The notes beneath the pieces are model-generated. The model was not told where the DNA came from. It searched no databases and saw only the letters and a program-made list of their open reading frames with translations. From Octopus bimaculoides (lineage: Eukaryota): 40,218 nt of DNA. The translations under genes were made by a program, and so were the position numbers. The stretch is from contig NC_068998.1 in NCBI RefSeq assembly GCF_001194135.2, forward strand, positions 25,139,041-25,179,258, read 5' to 3'. Positions 36,505 through 40,218 of this stretch are shown piece after piece (position 1 is the first letter of the stretch; every line of letters starts with the position of its first letter).

Positions 36505-37711
36505 GTAAGGAACTTTTTCCTTTGGGACACCATATGGTTTTGCACTTGGTACGTTGTTCTTAGTGTACTTGAATCATGTGTTTGGTGGGATTATGGCAAT
36601 TGATTTAGAAATGTAAATGTTCCTAAGATTTCGATTACCTTCCTCAGTTTGCTGATTTGATTATGTTTCCAGCTCCCATTTCCTCCTTCTTTTCTCGTAT
36701 AGGAGAATGTGATCTATCGAGAGTTTTGATTATTGATACGATGTGTGTATGTATTTATTTCATTATTTCTTTTAGAAATAATATAAACCAAAATTATTGC
36801 CTCCGTTGTTGGTTGCACTTTTTGTTCCACTCAATATTTAGATTAGTTAATTTACTTTTAAAGCATAGGCAGAAACTGCTTTGCGAATGTTATCCTCTAA
36901 CCTATACAATTATTTTATTACCAATACGTACGCCAGGATGAGCCGAATGTATCAAATAGATACCATCATAAACACAGAAGACAGCCCAAATTATTGAAAA
37001 AAGAAAATTATAACAAATGCGAAATTGCATAAAATAACACAGGAGTAAAAGTAAAAAATACCTAGGATCCAACTATGGTATGGTGTTTAAATCTAACAGA
37101 CGGCTGTTTTATACAATGGAAACATTGTTATAAATACAGAAAAAATGATTTACTCCTGCACCCGAAATCATAATGTACGCAATAACATGGTCAGGAAGCA
37201 GAAAACTACGTATGGTAATCAGGAATATTCTTACGGATAACTCAGAACTCTGCAAAGGCCGTAAACTGGAAGACAAAAATACATACGAATATGATTCATG
37301 GAACACATGCATACATGTGCAGTTAAGAAACAAGCGAATCTAACATCCTTCCCCATGTATCTATTTTCCAATGGCACATCGCAAGAGCATATCATCAGCA
37401 AAGAAACCGCGTTAATAACAAAGTACAGAACACTGTGGGAGACAAAAGTTTACTAATAACAATGCGTTTACTATTAGTGCTAATAATGTTACTATTGCTA
37501 CTGTTACTTCTAGACCCACATCTTCCATTCCAGCTCTAAAGTGCAAGAAATAACCTTTTTTGGCTTTGATATATTTGTGTCAGTAGGTGTGTACATTTGA
37601 GTCAGCAAGTGTGAATGCTTATGTGTAGATGAATTAATAACGATGCAGACACGGGTAAAATCTGCAGAAAAGTGGACTCACTACAAGTCATATGTCGTGT
37701 TTAAATACTGG

Positions 37712-38037
37712 GATTCCGTCGGTTACGAAGACGAGGTTTCCAGTTCAAATCCTCAATGGAACAGCCTGCTCGTGAAATTAATGTGCAAGTGGATGAGCAC
37801 TCCGCAGACACGCGTTCTCTTAACGTAATCCTCATGGTGATTCAGCCTGACACAGATCACAGGATATGACAAGGCTGGGTTTGAAATACAGGTACTGCGA
37901 ATTTTTTTGCATCTGAGTGGACTGGAGCAGCATAAAATAAAGTGTCTTTCTCAAGGACACAATGAACCGCCGGCAATCGAACTTACAATTGTACTATTGT
38001 GAACCGAATGCCTTTACCACTGAGCCACAGGCTTTCA
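37712..38037 (-). mobile_element. tRNA-headed octopus SINE (family C), near full length
   Basis: Minus strand: A-box TGGCTCAGTGG (38017-38027), B-box-like GTTCGATTG, then tgtgtccttgagaaagacactttattttatgctgctccagtccactcag (CORE-like) and a long 3' body ending near ggttacgaagacgagg on +. Confidence 0.8.
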
Positions 38038-38172
38038 ATTGTGTTTAAAATAATGATACAAACAGTTAATGCAAATATCTAAATTTCCAACAAATATACC
38101 CAGTGCTATTTTCTTCTGTTTCTACAACCATCTCTCATACATGTACTATACTTTCTTCACCGATATTGATAG

Positions 38173-38273
38173 AAGAAGCAGTTGAAGATGGAATTGCAAC
38201 CGTTTCATTTCCCTGTGAAGAAAATGCTATAAAGGGACATTATATTATTTGTGTTAATTTGAAGTGGAAGCTG
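38173..38273 (+). CDS. Candidate 101-nt internal exon (unassigned; strand ambiguous)
   Basis: Acceptor tatactttcttcaccgatattgatag| and donor CTG|gtgcgt; frame (E)EAVEDGIATVSFPCEENAIKGHYIICVNLKWKL. An overlapping minus-strand candidate (..ttcttcacag|GNETVAIPSSTASSINI) is equally plausible. Confidence 0.2.
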
Positions 38274-39204
38274 GTGCGTAATTAAACAGTTGCTCTGAAT
38301 GGTTTATTTTTTATTGAACGTGATTATCAGCCAATTTACGAGTAAATTTGAATTCAGATCATGGATTACCCATTTCATGTAAAGAATATAGGGAATTCAG
38401 TAATCACTTAATTAATCCGATTAAAAACGGTTAATTAATTTTTAGTGTTGTTACATCCTCTCCTACTCCGTTAGAGTCTCTTAAAACAATCTCCTGAATT
38501 GCATGTTCTTGCTAATAAAGCAAAATTCATATATGAATGACGTAGCGCTACACACAACAACCCCCTCCTTAACACCATCATAAATACCAAATACACATAT
38601 CGAAAATTTCATTCGTAAACTGCATATTCAGTAAAGCAAACTAAGGAACCACTGCAAAAAACATAGAAGAACACCTATCACACTAAGGGTAAACAAATCT
38701 AACTTTCCTACATCCGTGGGCACAGGTTGATTAAGTACTGTGGAGGTGAGATGCATATTCATTAAGCTGATCTTTCACTTTATCGATTTTGATATTAGAA
38801 TTCCTGTATTTGTCAATTGATACTGCAATATCATTATATTCTGTTTCCATGATATTTGGAACAAAACTGCTAACAGAAACCTCTTGTTCGATGTCATGAA
38901 TTTGTATACTAGCATAACGAAATAGCTCCTACTCAACACCAGAGAAGCCATGATAAAATGCATTAACTAAAGCGATTTTAATACTACAATCAACCATACC
39001 GCGCAATCGCTTTCATACCATTATAATTTATACAAATCAAAATCACGCTTGACATGTTATTTGGTATATTCTTTGAGCTAAAAGAGAGGCGGCGAATTTG
39101 GACCTAGTTTGGTTTTAAACACGATACTGTTGCGAAGGAAGTCACCCCCAGCTAGTATCTTGCAGTTCCAGAAACATTCACGATAAGAGAGTTTTGAGCA
39201 GTCT

Positions 39205-39422
39205 TCATTCTTTTCTACTCAAGACACAAGCCCAGAAGTTTTGGGGAAGGGGGTCAGTCGATTAGATTGACCCCAGTACGTAACTTCCACTTAAATTATC
39301 GACCCCGAAAGGGTGAAAGGCAAAGTCGATCTCAGCGGAAGTTGAACTCAGAACATAAAGACAGACGAAATACCTCTAAGCATTTCGCCCTGCGTTCTAC
39401 CGTTTCTGCCAGTTCGACGCCT
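39205..39422 (-). mobile_element. tRNA-headed octopus SINE (family B), near-complete copy
   Basis: Reverse complement ggcgtcgaactggcagaaacggtagaacgcagggcgaaatgcttagaggtatttcgtctgtctttatgttctgagttcaacttccgctgagatcgactttgcctttcaccctttcggggtcgataa... aligns with the copies at 32.6-33.0 kb. Confidence 0.85.
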
Positions 39423-40218
39423 TTTTACGGTGGTCTTGATTCTATAACAAATGATACACACCAACTTACAGATGAAACAGCCACTAGATTTGTCTGGACT
39501 GTTTATATTAGACGTCACACAAAACACATTCGTTATTATTTAAATTTAAATATACTATCACGTTTGGAATTATGAGAATATATATATACACATACATATA
39601 TATAGTCCACGAACACGCATACGCAGAAATATATATACATATATGGAGAAAGAGAGAGAGAGAGAGAGATAATTAGTTAGGTAGATAGATATACATATAT
39701 GAGTATACATATATGAGTCTTCTATCTGTATCAGGCCTAAATATGTTTATCTGAATCATGTATCCAAACACTTGGAACTTCATATATTACTTCGTTTCTA
39801 GAAATCTAAATACGCTAAAGAGTTGCCTTACTTGTGGGTGAGCAATCTGTGCATCAACTAGTAGATAGTGCGATGAGATTAATGTGAATGTCGTTGCTCC
39901 TCAGCATCGATAAAGAGCCTCCAACAAAAGTAAATTAAATTTTAGCATCTTGGGAATATTATTTTAGATTATTCAAAGCATTATTAACGTGCTGTAGCAT
40001 GTAAGTCATAATGTCATTCATTTCAAAGACTGTCGACAATAATTCATTTTGTCGCAGAGAGAAGTGAATATAATGTTTGTAGAACAATCGTAATTTTACT
40101 TTAAATAACAGACTAACATTATGAGAAGATAGACCGACAGCAAAATAATGAAATATCTATGGTTGTATTCGCGAAAACGTATGACATATATGAGTATGAT
40201 ATATATGTATGTGTGTTT

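Overview
AT-rich eukaryotic DNA from a gapped short-read assembly (ten N-runs, most next to (TA)n/(CA)n/(GA)n tracts). The repeat families and microsatellite density point to an octopod cephalopod (Octopus-like); this is inferred from recognised repeat sequences, not from a database search. No intact protein-coding gene can be supported. Most ORF-track entries are microsatellite or N-run artefacts, so the window reads as intronic or intergenic. Recognisable content is decayed mobile DNA: a CR1-clade LINE 3' fragment, an R4/Dong-type LINE fragment (RT C-terminus, CCHC knuckle, restriction-like endonuclease), an internally deleted Penelope-like element (RT + GIY-YIG), two Tc1/mariner transposase remnants (one with DD37D/maT spacing), at least six tRNA-headed SINEs of three families, and a gap-spanning element with 45-bp TIRs. 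The most unusual feature is a ~1.07-kb fold-back at 13.84-14.91 kb: two inverted copies of a ~375-bp unit each carry a hammerhead-ribozyme-like core, and in one arm the core is split at GAAAC by a 152-bp LTR-like segment. The Penelope copy also has a tRNA-like module and an (AAT)n tract in its 3' end, plus an inverted terminal repeat fragment with half a hammerhead. A few isolated exon candidates are given at low confidence. I do not see evidence for a new multi-gene system.
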